From Octopus bimaculoides (Eukaryota): a DNA stretch of 48,151 bases. The notes below the pieces were generated by a model. It did not search any database, was not told the DNA's origin, and worked only from the letters and a program-made list of their open reading frames with translations. Positions 11,626 through 23,224 of the stretch are shown here, piece by piece (the first letter of the stretch is position 1; the number at the start of each line of letters is the position of its first letter). A program made the translations under genes and the position numbers. The DNA lies in assembly GCF_001194135.2 (NCBI RefSeq), contig NC_068989.1, forward strand, positions 29,198,317 through 29,246,467. Direction: 5' to 3'.

Positions 11626-11745
11626 GCTTATGATACATTCTATGACAAATAACTCGCTTATGATACATCCCATGACAGTTATTTCACCTATAATATATCC
11701 TATGACTGTTAGCTTACTTATGATATTTCTATGACAGCTGGCTCA
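11626..11745. repeat. Degenerate 30-bp minisatellite, 4 units
   Basis: Units GCTTATGATACATTCTATGACA..., GCTTATGATACATCCCATGACA..., ACCTATAATATATCCTATGACT... and ACTTATGATATTTCTATGACA... start at 11626, 11656, 11686 and 11716. Confidence 0.85.
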
Positions 11746-11994
11746 CAAACAATTTATTGTCTTCTATTTTCTGTAGCAGACAGTGTGTAGGTAATATCTT
11801 CACATCTCACCCTCCCTCCATCCTTCAAGTGCTACAGGATATATCATGACACAAGTCAATAACAATATGACCTCAATTCAAACTGAAATTATTAAAAATG
11901 TTCATTTGACAAGTTCATTTCATTCTTATTTTTTTCTCCTTAAATATATCAGTAAAGTTAACAAAGAATTAAGTAACAGTAGACATATATGTTC

Positions 11995-12355
11995 ATGGCT
12001 GTGTGGTTAAGAAGTTTGCTTCTGAATTATGTGGTTTATTATTATGTCCATTACATGGACAGGTGCCTTCTACTGTACCTCTGGGCTAACCAATGTCTTG
12101 TGAGCAAATTTGTTAGACATTACTGTACAAAGTCCATCATGTGTACGTGTGTGTACATGCTTGTGTCTCTATGAATGTTTACATCCTGTGCACTTCACAA
12201 GCAGTGAAATTTGTTGTCATTTCTGTCAACAAAGTGTCTGCTAGCACTGTACTTTTGAAGACATGTGCATTAAGAGATCATTTGCTTGAAAATAAATAAG
12301 GCCAGCTGCAAAACAATGCCTCAGTATTACATATTCATCTAAGCCAGACAAGCAT
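11995..12355 (+). mobile_element. tRNA-derived CORE-type SINE, diverged
   Basis: Head GGCTGTGTGGTTAAGAAGTTTGCTTC, CORE-like GGACAGGTGCCTTCTACTGTA, then TTGTGAGCAAATTTG. Same family as 23225, 30535, 35900 and 41230. Octopus OR-type SINEs are known CORE-SINEs, but the family name was not verified. Confidence 0.65.
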
Positions 12356-13918
12356 GGGAAAACAGACAAAAGAACAAAAGAACATCATATACACATACAC
12401 ACATGCGTGTGCGCGCGCGCACACACACATACACACACACAGATATATGAATATACACACAGCTGTTGGGAGGGTCTTCTACGAAGACATCATTTCTAGT
12501 CATTTATTACCCAATGACATTACCAAAAGCATAGAGGATAAAGCATTTTCATTTTCATTTTCTGCCCTTGCTCCCAAGTCCTATGAAACGTACTCAATCA
12601 TTTCAAAAGCATTCCTGAATACTGGTTTGTTTATTTATATAGTGAAAAGTCATACTTGTTTTAAGCAGTTTTCTCTAGTACAAAGTGGAATACTTATGAA
12701 AGTTTAAAACTAAAAATACAATTTTAATAAATAAAAAAAAGATCAAGGCAAAAGACCCATCAAAGAGAACATGTTTATCACACAGAGTAATAGATGTGTT
12801 TATAAGAGAAGTAAAACAAAACACCTTAAAGGCAGAGACTGAGCAAAATAAAATATAATTAATTTCCAACATAAAACACTGAAGCTACTTAAAACAATTC
12901 AAATGTTACAATAAATGTGTTTACTAAACAGTTCAAATACATTATTTTTAAGTAATAAAAATACAGATTTTATACTGTTAAAACAATAAAAGCGAAATTC
13001 TGTCTGTCCATCCATCTGGGACCTCTGTATCTCAGTCTACATTTGCTCTACATAGACATATACCTTCATAGAATCAAGACGATCCCAGGATTGAAAATAT
13101 GCTCTTCGTTTGCTTCTGAAACATTCAGCATTAGGATCTGATTTAAAAGTATCTGAGTTACTATTTCTAGCAGGCAAAGCTTGACTGATTCATGACATCT
13201 TCGTCAGCATTTGTCAGATGATGTCAGAGATCAAGGGGAGATAAATGACATTTGCTTTGTTAATTTTAAGTCAAGAACTTTAGGACAAATTGGTCTGGAA
13301 TTCAAATTGTAACAATACAATGATTACATTACAGAATTAATTCTCATCCATCCTTAACCTCTGACCAAACAGCACTAGAGCATATAGTTATTATAGACTT
13401 ATTATAGTCATGCTGTTTAGCCCTCTTTAGCTTTGGGCCACAGGCTCAATTATCCCTCTACAGGAGATAGCTTAAAAGCTGCACTGATTGAAAAAAATGA
13501 ACTTTTTTCAATATTCCTAAATTAAGTGAATAACTTATTACATGCTTTATGTTTTAGAAATATGCATCTCAATCTGAATTAGCACCATCATCATCATCAC
13601 CGCCATTGTTATTAATATTGTTACTATGAGTTGGAAACATTCCAGTGGAGCACCAATCCTAAGTCCCATTTCTATATAATCACATAAAGCTCAACATTCT
13701 AAGAAATAGTCTTGATCTTCAACCGTATGTATTATTTTCCACAACTAATTGTCATTTCTTTTCCAATCAGCTCATATCCATCCGTATAAATTAAGGCACT
13801 CATCACTCATTTTTCCATGCCCAAAGTAATTACAATGACCAATACCTTTGTTATCTGGTTACTTCTTTATTCAGCCACACTTATTCAACAAAGTTACCAT
13901 TACACATACAATAGTTCA

Positions 13919-13958
<40 letters not shown>

Positions 13959-14204
13959 GGTAAGAAATTCTTAAGAGAGCTGAACAATAGATCTTCAGAG
14001 AAGGCACCCACCTCGGGCAAGTGTTTCAGCCCTTAACTTCTTTCACTCTAAGGGGACTGGGGTACATCCATATCATGATTCATGGATGTCCTTCTTCTAA
14101 CACTTTTTAGCCACTTGGATATCAGAGACTTGTGCATTTAAACTACCTGGAGATTTCATCCAGTTGTAACTCCTCTCTGTTGACTCAGCACTATCACAAT
14201 GACT

Positions 14205-14608
14205 CTCTAGGCACAAGGCCCAAAATTTTTGCAGAGGGGGCCAGTCAATTAGATCAACTCCAGTATGCAACTGGTACTTAATTTATCAACCCTGAAAGGA
14301 CCTCAGCGAAATTTCAACTCAGAATGTAAAGACAGACAAAATACTGCTAAGTATTTCGCCCAGCGTGCTAACGTTTCTAATTCCTTTGTTGCCCACAAGG
14401 GGCTAAACATAGAGGGGACAAACAAGGACAGACAAAGGGATTAAGTCAATTACATTGACCCCCCAGTGCATAACTGGTACTTGATTTATCAACCCCGAAA
14501 AGATGAAAGGCAAAGACGACCTCGGTGGAATTTGAACTCAGAACGTAACGGCAGACGAAATACCGCTAAGCATTTCGCCAAGCGTGCTAACATTTCTGCC
14601 AGCTCGAT
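14205..14608 (-). mobile_element. Two adjacent tRNA-derived SINEs with Nin/Deu-like central domain
   Basis: Reverse complement gives GAGCTGGCAGAAATGTTAGCACGC...GAGTTCAAATTCCACC (B-box-like)...GCCTTTCATCTTTTCGGGGTTGATAAATCAAGTACCAG. Two copies, about 14205-14368 and 14420-14608. Confidence 0.8.
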
Positions 14609-14664
14609 GCCTTAGAATAGAAAAATATTGCCTTCAAATGCTATGGAGACGTTTTTGTCCCTCC

Positions 14665-16260
14665 TCAACCAAATCTAGCTGAAGCAAACCCTGCTGTCTC
14701 TGATACTGCCTTTAGGGCTTTGGTTCTGTTCTTCCCAGAGACAGTGAGTTGTTTCATTAGATTGTAAGCAGATTTACCAACAAAACATCTGGCTCCAACC
14801 TCTATGACAAGAATCTTGACCCAGAAATTTGTTTTCCTCAGGCAATTGGCCAGACTGACATATTTTTCAGCATGTGCTTCTATTCTACTTTCAATATGGC
14901 ACAGTGAGTTCAATCAAAATCACTTGCTTTAATGAACTGGAACGGAGTATGATATCTGACCTCAAGCCACTCTTTCTGATGATTTCTGGTTATTTTGTTG
15001 ATCCTGGGAGGTCTGCTGAACACTCCCAATCATCCACACCACCCAGAAGACTCCATTCCCATGTCCTGTATGGCATAACTATTCCTGGCCATGATTTGCT
15101 GCCTCTGCCATGTAGAATGTTGCTGGAAATTCAGGTTTTACTCTTTCCATACTTATCTTGTGTACAATTTCCTTAAGCACTTCATTGTTACACCATTTGT
15201 ATCTTCCTTGTGCCAGTGCTACTTGGCAAAAGCTCAGAAGTGTTCTATTGTCTGTCTCTCCTGAAATAGCAGGCAATCAGGATTATCTGATTTGCCCCAC
15301 TTCATTAGGTTCATATACAAAGGCAGGAGATCAGACAGTTCTGAGGATAAAATTTATTCTAAGAGATACCATATTCCAAAAATCCTTGCAGCTGAGGCAC
15401 TTCTGGAGTGCACCTTCCCCTGTCAGCTACTGGCCCTGTTTACTCTGCTGTACTGCCTTCCAGATTCTTTTGGCATACTCTTCTATTTTCATCTCATGCA
15501 AAATCAGATTTCTCTTCCTCTTTCCCCAGGCTTCTGACTATGTTTCCATTTTCATTACATCCAATCCCTGTCTATTGGCCTGAGTATATCTCATTATTTC
15601 TCTGATTGTAAGGCTTTCTTTGCTGCATCCACTACCTCCCAGACATTCCATTTCCTGCATGTCTTCAGTTTGGGCCAGATCGACCTCACAACCTTGTCTT
15701 TTAAGTCTTCAAGCATGGTTGAGAGCTTTGCTTCTCTGACTTTGTATTCCTCAACAATGGACTTGAGGGGTAGCTTCAACTGGGCATGGCAGCAGTAGAG
15801 TGCAATATCAGTAAGATGTGGTGGGACACCAAGCCACCTCCTTGTGTACATGTTGATTTGGGCCTCCATGTCCTCCACTGTGCTAGTGCTGATATGCTGA
15901 TATTGTAAATCAGTAGAGACCAGAGAAGCTTTGGGATTAGCATGAACTGCAAACACCAAACTTCATATTTGCCAGTGAAGTCACAGTGTGACCTGCAAAT
16001 TGTTTGCATTTGTTTGGTTTTGGTTCCCCTTTTCGTATCTTTCAGTGTGTTGTCATACCACATTCAAAGGCCTTGGACTGGTTTCTATGCTAGTGTTGGG
16101 ATATTTTGGTTGGCTACTGTGAACACAGCTGTCTGTGCTAATTTCCCTTTCTACAGAGAGAGGCTCTGGGATGTTGGTTTGAACCTCATTTGGAAGAATC
16201 AACTAACTCATCCAACTGTTTCAACATCTTGTGTGTATCATCTTCCTTTGTGGAAAGGAG
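14665..16260 (-). mobile_element. Degenerate HERO-like non-LTR retrotransposon (RT end, thumb, CCHC remnant, restriction-like endonuclease)
   Basis: Minus-strand pieces in order: KEDDTHKMLKQLDEL, GKYEVWCLQFMLIPKLLWSLLIY, INMYTRRWLGVPPHLTDIALYC...LKLPLKSIVEEYK, KLKTCRKWNVWEVV, LLSFCQVALAQGRYKWCNNEVLKEI, RIEAHAEKY...IEVGARCFVG. This matches the RLE-clade architecture as recalled for HERO elements. Many frameshifts. Confidence 0.8.
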
Positions 16261-16289
16261 TGTAGTTTCATCCATAAAGGCTTTTAGAG

Positions 16290-16570
16290 GTAGTATTGCT
16301 GAATGCACAGAGCCAGTATGCATGTACCATAGAGTGTATATGTTTTAAGAGAAGAATTGCATATAAGAGGCATCAGATGTAGTGTGCAAAAGAGAAGACT
16401 ATACTGGTATGGTCATGTGATGTGTACAGATGAAGACAGTAGCATAAAGGAGTGCCAATCTCTAATTGTGGAGGGAACCTGAGGAGGGGAAAGACCCAGG
16501 AAGATGTGGGATGAAGTGGTGAGAAATGATCTTCAGATGGTGAGCCTCACAGAGGAAGTGACAAGTGATG
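16290..16570 (+). mobile_element. RTE LINE ORF 3'-end fragment
   Basis: RRLYWYGHVM...GKRPRKMWDEVVRNDL. Collinear with 28980-29160. Confidence 0.75.
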
Positions 16571-16609
16571 ACAAACATTGTTTGTCACTGCTGACTCATT
16601 TTCAGAAAG

Positions 16610-17120
16610 TAGTTACAATGTGAAGACAATCTGGAAGCTTGCTATGCAATAAAGTTTTGAGTTAAATTGGGCAAAAATGCTACAGAAACGTTTGAAACAT
16701 TTCAGACTGCTTATGGATTAACTTGAATGATCTGGGCACCTGTTTTGCACTGGCACAAGATAGTAGAGAAAAGGTGTGAGATGAGAGATGTGAGAGGGAA
16801 AGTGATATCAAAACATAAGAGCTGACTGAGAAAATTCATATTCATCTGGATGAAAATCAATATGTATCTATAAAAACAATAAGTATATAATTTGGAATTG
16901 TTGTGGCAATTGTGCATGGAATTATTCACGAAAATCTGAACAAGTACAAAATTTGTCTAAAGTTTGTTCCCAGGGTACTCAAGAGACAAACAGAAGGAAA
17001 GACACATTGGTAATAGCAGGGAAATGGTTGAGATCATTATCTCCAATCAAAGAATACTTGAGTCTGGCAACTTGTGACAAAAGTTGGATCTACTGTTATG
17101 ATCCAGAAACAGTGCCAAAT
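16610..17120 (+). mobile_element. Degenerate mariner transposase (N-terminal half)
   Basis: Pieces YAIKF*VKLGKNATETFE, KFVPRVL (WVPHEL-equivalent, about 16960-16980) and CDKSWIYCYDPET (first catalytic D and YDPET motif, ending at 17111). Confidence 0.88.
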
Positions 17121-17129
17121 AGAAGCATC

Positions 17130-17131
<2 letters not shown>

Positions 17132-17172
<41 letters not shown>
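17132..17172. repeat. (GT)n microsatellite
   Basis: Seen directly. It truncates the mariner relic. Confidence 0.95.
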
Positions 17173-17176
<4 letters not shown>

Positions 17177-18616
17177 GAAACAAAAAGAAAACTGCAAGAT
17201 GAGATAAAAAAACATTGTGTATTAATATATTTGTTTTGCATCCCCAAGTACAACAACACTGTGTATTAAGTTTACACACAATGAAAATAGAAGTCAGAGT
17301 CTTTTACATTTTGAGCATATACTCTACTACAGAGAGAAAAGACTAAGGAGAGAAAATAACAAACATGTCTCAATTAGACAGTGACCACATACTGAAATTA
17401 AAAAAAAAAAAAAAAGGCATTGGGGTGGGGGTGGGGTGGCATTGCATAACCTGCACACAGAGAAATTTTTTCACAAATTATTAATCTGTCACTTAGAAGT
17501 CTTTTCAGTTTCTGCTGCCCATGTCAGTTACATACATTTTTTGAGACTTGACAAACATGTTGATGTGTCTTCTGGAGTTTCTGCCCTTTTTTAGTTATGT
17601 CTGTGGTTTTGCACCTAGAAGTGTTTTCAGGAGTTTCTACTGCCCATGTCAGTTGCATTATGGTTCTGTTTTTGGTTTTTTCATTCTGCAGTGTTCTCTG
17701 CCATTTCTGCTGCCCACAAGTTTCACATTCTTTTTGCACTGTCTTTCCATTGCTGCAGAACACTTCTAGATTGTGATTGAGGTATCATGAAAGTGTAAAT
17801 ATAAATATTAATTATCTAAAAATATGATCGAAGTCAAAGGAAATATGATAAAAAAATTGAAAAGGGTTTATATTTTTTGTTTCCACTGAAGAACCAGGTG
17901 CATTGCAAAGTTACTTATATTTCAACTGGTTTTGATGAAAACATTAAAATACAAGTTGGCAAAGAATTTTCAATGTTATTTTACGGGGCGTTGGAATTAA
18001 AATTAAGAAAAACTAAGATAAAATGAAGATTCTTCTCCAATTTTTTATGCATGTTGAAAAAAAATAACTTTCTATTTCAATAGCTTTACAGTGAAATGTG
18101 AAAATACAAGTTGACAAAGAAATTCAAAGGTTGTTTTGCAAAGTTCAGCATAAAATTTGCAAATGAATAAAATTTGCATATGATTAAAATTAATGATTAT
18201 TCAAATAATAATCATCATTAAGTAGGGGGCTTTGAAAGGGGTATCAGGGAGTAGCATCCCTGCCTTCCCAAGCTAGTTTTCCACCACATTTCTTAAAAAT
18301 CATGGTTTCAGGACCACTCATGTCATGGAAAAGAAAGTGAATAAAATGAAATACTTATAGAAAATATTGCATAGAATTTGTAAAGCGTTTTCAATGTCTT
18401 TCAATGATGGCAGGCAAATCACATGTACTGTTCTTCATTCTAGAATATAAATAATATGACCAACTTGCTTATCAGGAAATCTGTAAGTTTGATTTTTTTT
18501 TATGATTAAAATTTTTTTTTTTTCAAGTATCACCATTATAGGTATTTATACTCCAGTGAAATTAACTAATCAACTCATAAATATATATATATATATAAAA
18601 CAATAGAGTACGTATC

Positions 18617-18657
18617 GGAATTATAAAGATAAAACTCAGTTTTATCTTTATAATTCC
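18617..18657. repeat. Perfect 41-bp palindrome (20-bp arms, 1-nt spacer)
   Basis: GGAATTATAAAGATAAAACT-C-AGTTTTATCTTTATAATTCC. Confidence 0.95.
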
Positions 18658-18659
18658 AA

Positions 18660-19240
18660 TGTGCATTCTATCCCTCTCCATTCTTTCTATGCATCTCCCT
18701 CTCTTGTTCTTCCTTTCTGTTTGTCTCTCTCACCCTTCCCCTACTCTTCTCCTCTCCCCTTCACTGTTCCCTCTCTCTCACTCTTCCTCCTTAACTCTCT
18801 CGTTGCTCACACGTGACCAACGGCTGTCCATCTTTCTTTCTTCCACTTCCTTCCTAAAGACAAGACGTGCTTTTGCCTGTCACTTCTCAAAGCTCGTTTA
18901 TCCAGCGTTCACCACTTCACATCGTCTTGACTTAACAGCTGTCACTGTTTGTTTTTACTGTTCTGTTTTTGTTACCACTTTAACCCACCACAAAAATTTT
19001 ATTTAATTTGCTTTGAGAGAAGGACTGTTTTAACGAAGTCATGTCTTGACCCTACCTTTGAAACGCAGAGTAGATAAAGCGGGACAACTGATGAAGGGAG
19101 TGTTCTTTATGTTGCCTGTCTCGTTTCTCTGTTCCTTTTGTTGCTCAAAAAAGTTTGTTTTCTATGTTTGTGATTTTTATGTTCTCGTTTGTCATTTTGT
19201 TGACATTTTTTTTATGTCCTGTACCCATATGTCCATGTAT
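18660..19240 (+). repeat. Unclassified interspersed repeat family A, CT-rich 5' part, CpG retained
   Basis: The 3' part matches 6698-6890. Followed by (TA)/(TG) microsatellites. Confidence 0.7.
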
Positions 19241-19386
19241 ATATACATATATATGTAGGTATGTACATATATGTATGTATGTATGCATATATTTATATAT
19301 TATTTATATTATTATATGATCAAATGCCACGCATCCATTTTCAAGTAAGTCTCATCTATATATATATATATGTATATATGTATGTA

Positions 19387-19439
<53 letters not shown>

Positions 19440-19442
<3 letters not shown>

Positions 19443-19990
19443 CAAAAGTTGTTGTGTACCGTGCATGTGTACTGACATCACTCCTCTACTCATGTGAGAC
19501 ATGGACTCTGTACAAACGTCAGGTAAGGGTCCTTGAACGCTTTCATCAGAGATGTCTCAGACACATTCTCAATGTTGGCTGGACCTCCAAAATTCCAGAA
19601 ACACAGGTCCTGAGGACAGCTGATATCTTGAGTATTGAGGCGATGGTGCACAAGCACCAGTTACGTTGGACTGGACACCTTATTAGAATGAAGGATAGCA
19701 GGATTCCTAAGCAGATGCTATATGGAGAACTTTTAAATGAAAGGAGAATCCGGCAGAAACCAAGGCTGCAATTTAAGGACTGTGTCAAGTCCTCATTAAA
19801 GGCCTGTGATATGCAGGACACTGACTGGGAAAACAATGCCTGACATCACCACAGATGGAGGAAGTAGGTTAAGGAGGGGATCAACACTTTTGAGAGAGCA
19901 TGTATCCAGCATGAAGAACTTAAGCGAGCTGCGCAAAAGCGCAAGGCTCGTATAGTGAACGGGGAAAGCTTGGTCTGCAATGTTTGCACT
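19440..19990 (+). mobile_element. RTE/BovB-like LINE 3' ORF fragment (5'-truncated)
   Basis: TKVVVYRACVLTSLLYSCETWTLYKRQVRVLERFHQRCLRHIL...QLRWTGHLIRMKDSRIPKQMLYGEL...QKPRLQFKDCVK, then a C-terminal CNVC. This is a classic RTE C-terminal region. Confidence 0.92.
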
Positions 19991-20160
19991 CATGTATGCT
20001 TGTATATATATGGTGCCATCCATTTTTATTTTATTTTATTCTATTTTATTTTATATATTGTATATTATATTATATATTCCATATTCTATACCCCACATTG
20101 GATCTGCAGGAATATAAATAAAACATAAAAAACAGACAGTTTTGGAACTCTTTTAAACAA

Positions 20161-20164
<4 letters not shown>

Positions 20165-20220
<56 letters not shown>
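20165..20220. repeat. (TA)n microsatellite
   Basis: Seen directly. It continues at 20364-20383 on the other side of the inserted repeat. Confidence 0.95.
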
Positions 20221-20222
<2 letters not shown>

Positions 20223-20363
20223 TCATCATCATCATTTAACGTCCGCTTTCCATGCTAGCATGGGTTGGACGATTTGACTGAGGACCGGTGAAACCGGATG
20301 GCAACACCAGGCTCCAATCTAATTTGGCAGAGTTTCTACAGCTGGATGCCCTTCCTAACGCCA
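20221..20363 (-). mobile_element. Young, 5'-truncated (GAT)n-tailed repeat inserted in (TA)n
   Basis: CATCATCAT...TTTAACGTCCGCTTTCCATGCTAGCATGG...GCCCTTCCTAACGCCAA, with CpGs intact. Confidence 0.92.
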
Positions 20364-21106
20364 ATATATATATATATATATATACAAATTTTGTAGACCA
20401 ATATTGTTGGGAAAGGAAAAGAGTCAAGATTAAATGTAAGGTATACATAATTGAGTTTTTAAATGACTGAAACAACAAGTAATTACAAATGCGACATTTC
20501 GTGTGAAACATCCTGCTTACAGACAGTGGTTATTGAAATGGAAATCAAGTTGAGCTCAACTGTTGAACATTATAAAACAGTACACAAGCAACAGTTAAGC
20601 CATTATTTGACACTCCAAACAATCAGCTGAAATATTAAATTTTGGTTTTGGTAATAGCCCAGGCTATCTTGACAGTTTCCGTGTATCATCTTAGTAAATT
20701 GTATGATTGAGTAATTGATAGTATATATATAATAGATTAGGGTAACTGATCCATTAGAGATTACATTACATGATGCTGTATAGCCTGCCTTATATATTGT
20801 TGATTATTAAAGCTGCTGTAGGAAGTCATGGATGCCACAGCACCCCATTTCTTCTTATCTATAAATCTATTACCATATAACATAAAAAAAATTGCACAGG
20901 AAGAACAAGGTGGTTTAATTGGTACAATGTATGACTCTGCATTCAAAGTGTGCTGTTGTCATTTAGTCTCAGATCAGTCCTGATAAAGCAGTCCTACAAT
21001 CAAAGATGTTTCAGCCATGACCATCCTATTTTTGTTTTCCAAACAAAAATGTATCTAGAACTAAATTTTACAATGTGTCTTTCCTTCTATTTTTTTATTT
21101 ATTTAA

Positions 21107-21304
21107 CCCTTTAGCATTTAAACTGGCCATATCCAGCCCAAAATATTCTACCTGTTTTATGTTCGAAATCTGGCCTCTCACATCTACCCAACAATTTCAT
21201 TCTAAAAATATAAAATCACAGCATTGAAATCTCAATGTTACAAGATAATGCATGATTAATTCAAAACAATGTAAATTTGACAGAGTAATCTGAATGCTAA
21301 AGAG
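21107..21304 (+). mobile_element. piggyBac-type MITE (about 198 bp)
   Basis: TTAA|CCCTTTAGCATTTAAAC ... CTGAATGCTAAAGAG|TTAA, giving TIRs and a TTAA target duplication (21103-21106, 21305-21308). Confidence 0.85.
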
Positions 21305-21889
21305 TTAAAAACAGCAGAATGTTATGTGACAGAGACTTAGTTGTTATTTCAAGCAACTGGATAGAGGCCCTTTTGTTGATTTCTTCAAGGCATGTATGTT
21401 TTTGTTATTCCAACTTTAAAATGACTAGTTTTTTTTAACTGACTTGGTATAAAACACTTGTTCTAAATATACTTATAAATAAACACATTAGTAGGCTTAT
21501 ATCCTACGCCACTTCTATTAACAAAGAAGAAGGATACATAACAAAGATTTCTGTGGTTCATAACTATGTATGCTCTGAGGCATAAACAGGAAACAAAAAT
21601 AAAGATCTTTTTATAAAAGTCTAGAAGAACAAAACAATTTTAACCTCTTGCTGTACACATAGAAAATAGCTAGAAGTAAAATGAAAATACCATTTGCATG
21701 CAAATTTCAGTTTGATTACTGGAGGATGAGAAAAACAAAGGAATTTGGAGAAAAGTAAGACTAGAAAGGCAAAAAGAAAGTAAATAATTGCAACACAGTA
21801 TGTTATGTCCAGTATATAAAATGACCATCTTATAAAGGATACTTAGTGTCACACATGTTAATGTAGTGACTGCACACAATCCTTTCTAC

Positions 21890-22045
21890 AATAGGAAATT
21901 TGTGGAGAGTGGGTAAGTCATATTTTATTGACCCAGAAAAGATGAAAGTCAAAGCTGACCTTGGTGGAATTTGACCTCAGAACAAAGATGAATGAAATAC
22001 CACTAAGCATTTTGCCCAGCAAGCTAATGATTCTGCCAGCTCACC
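21890..22045 (-). mobile_element. tRNA-derived Nin/Deu-type SINE
   Basis: Same head and GCCTTTCATC-like domain as 14205-14608. Confidence 0.75.
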
Positions 22046-22994
22046 AACTGCACACAATAATACTTTTTATTTGACTTTAGGCTACATGTTTAAGATCAAC
22101 AGAAGCTTAGAATAGTAAATATCTATGGCAGGAAAATAAAAATGGCATCTCTACAAGAATCCTATCCATTTATTTATCTTAAATTGAAAAAGAAAATGTT
22201 CTAATTTTCAAAATTACTCTGTATGCTATGTGTGGTTGGGTGTGTGGGTGGATGTGCGCACGCACATGCATCCACATATAAGTATGTTCTTTCGTAGCCC
22301 TTTATACTTTTAATGTTAATTATTCCTAACAGAATTTGGAAAAAAAAAAAAAGAAACTATTTAACAAACTCAAAACATTTTTTTCGTGTTTAACTTATAT
22401 GCTTTCTCAGTCAGAATTTCAGATGGTTCCTGGTATTACAGATGACCATTATAAGTATAACTTTATTTAACAATTTAAATCCTTAAAATGGTAAAACAAT
22501 GTTGTATAGTCACAAACAGAATTTCAGTAAAAAGGAAATACATTTTGGAAGAAGAAAATATGTTAATTTTTTGGTTGTCATTTTAAGGAAATTTTTAAAA
22601 TAACAGTCACAATAACTTTTAGCAAGATCTGAAAATATGCAATGCTCCTCAAAAAAAGAAAAAGTACTGATACACTCATACTGCCAGGTAGATAGCCACT
22701 GTGTGTTGATGTTCTCTCTCTATTTGTACATATATATTACACACACTCTTTTCCCTCTTATACATGCATGCTTGATACTTGTGAAAATAACACTTAGCCA
22801 GTTGTAATAATTACTATTTGTAAATAGACTTAATTGTTTCTAAATGTTTGGAAATTAAATGTGGATATCATTTGATAGATTTGGTTGTAATACATGATGC
22901 TGCTGCATGGGTGGAAAAGTGCTATGCTGTGAGTTAGTTGTAGAAAAAGGGGTGAGAAGGGATTAAAAATCTGGTACGGTTGGCAATATTTTAC

Positions 22995-23010
22995 CTTAGA
23001 AAGATAAACC
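22995..23010 (-). other. Candidate 16-nt microexon
   Basis: Minus strand reads TTTTTACCCTGTCTTTATCTTTACATCTGTAG|GGTTTATCTTTCTAAG|GTAAAA. Strong pyrimidine tract and moderate donor. No homology support. Confidence 0.2.
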
Positions 23011-23224
23011 CTACAGATGTAAAGATAAAGACAGGGTAAAAACACCATTTTAAGGGCGCCCCCAACCCATGCTGCCTAGTAAGCTCCCACCTCTCATAAA
23101 AAAACAAAAACAAACTTAACATTAAGCCAACAATGATGCTTGTTACAAAGAGCAAGTTTTTATCATCACTATTCAAAACACTGATTTGCAGGATTTAAGT
23201 TCATGAATTCAAACCTTGTTACAG

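Noticed and set aside
12354-12707. 117-aa plus ORF
   Set aside because: Starts in a SINE tail and microsatellite, has no recognisable homology, and is antisense to the inferred host gene.
14500-14608. tRNA gene calls from A/B-box-like sequences in SINE heads
   Set aside because: The heads run directly into SINE bodies and lack a full cloverleaf.
19060-19125. GAAACGC...GCG...CTGATGA AGGG as a permuted hammerhead (also CTGATGA near 6725)
   Set aside because: No U-H after stem III, and stem II is not adjacent to GAAA, so the core geometry fails.
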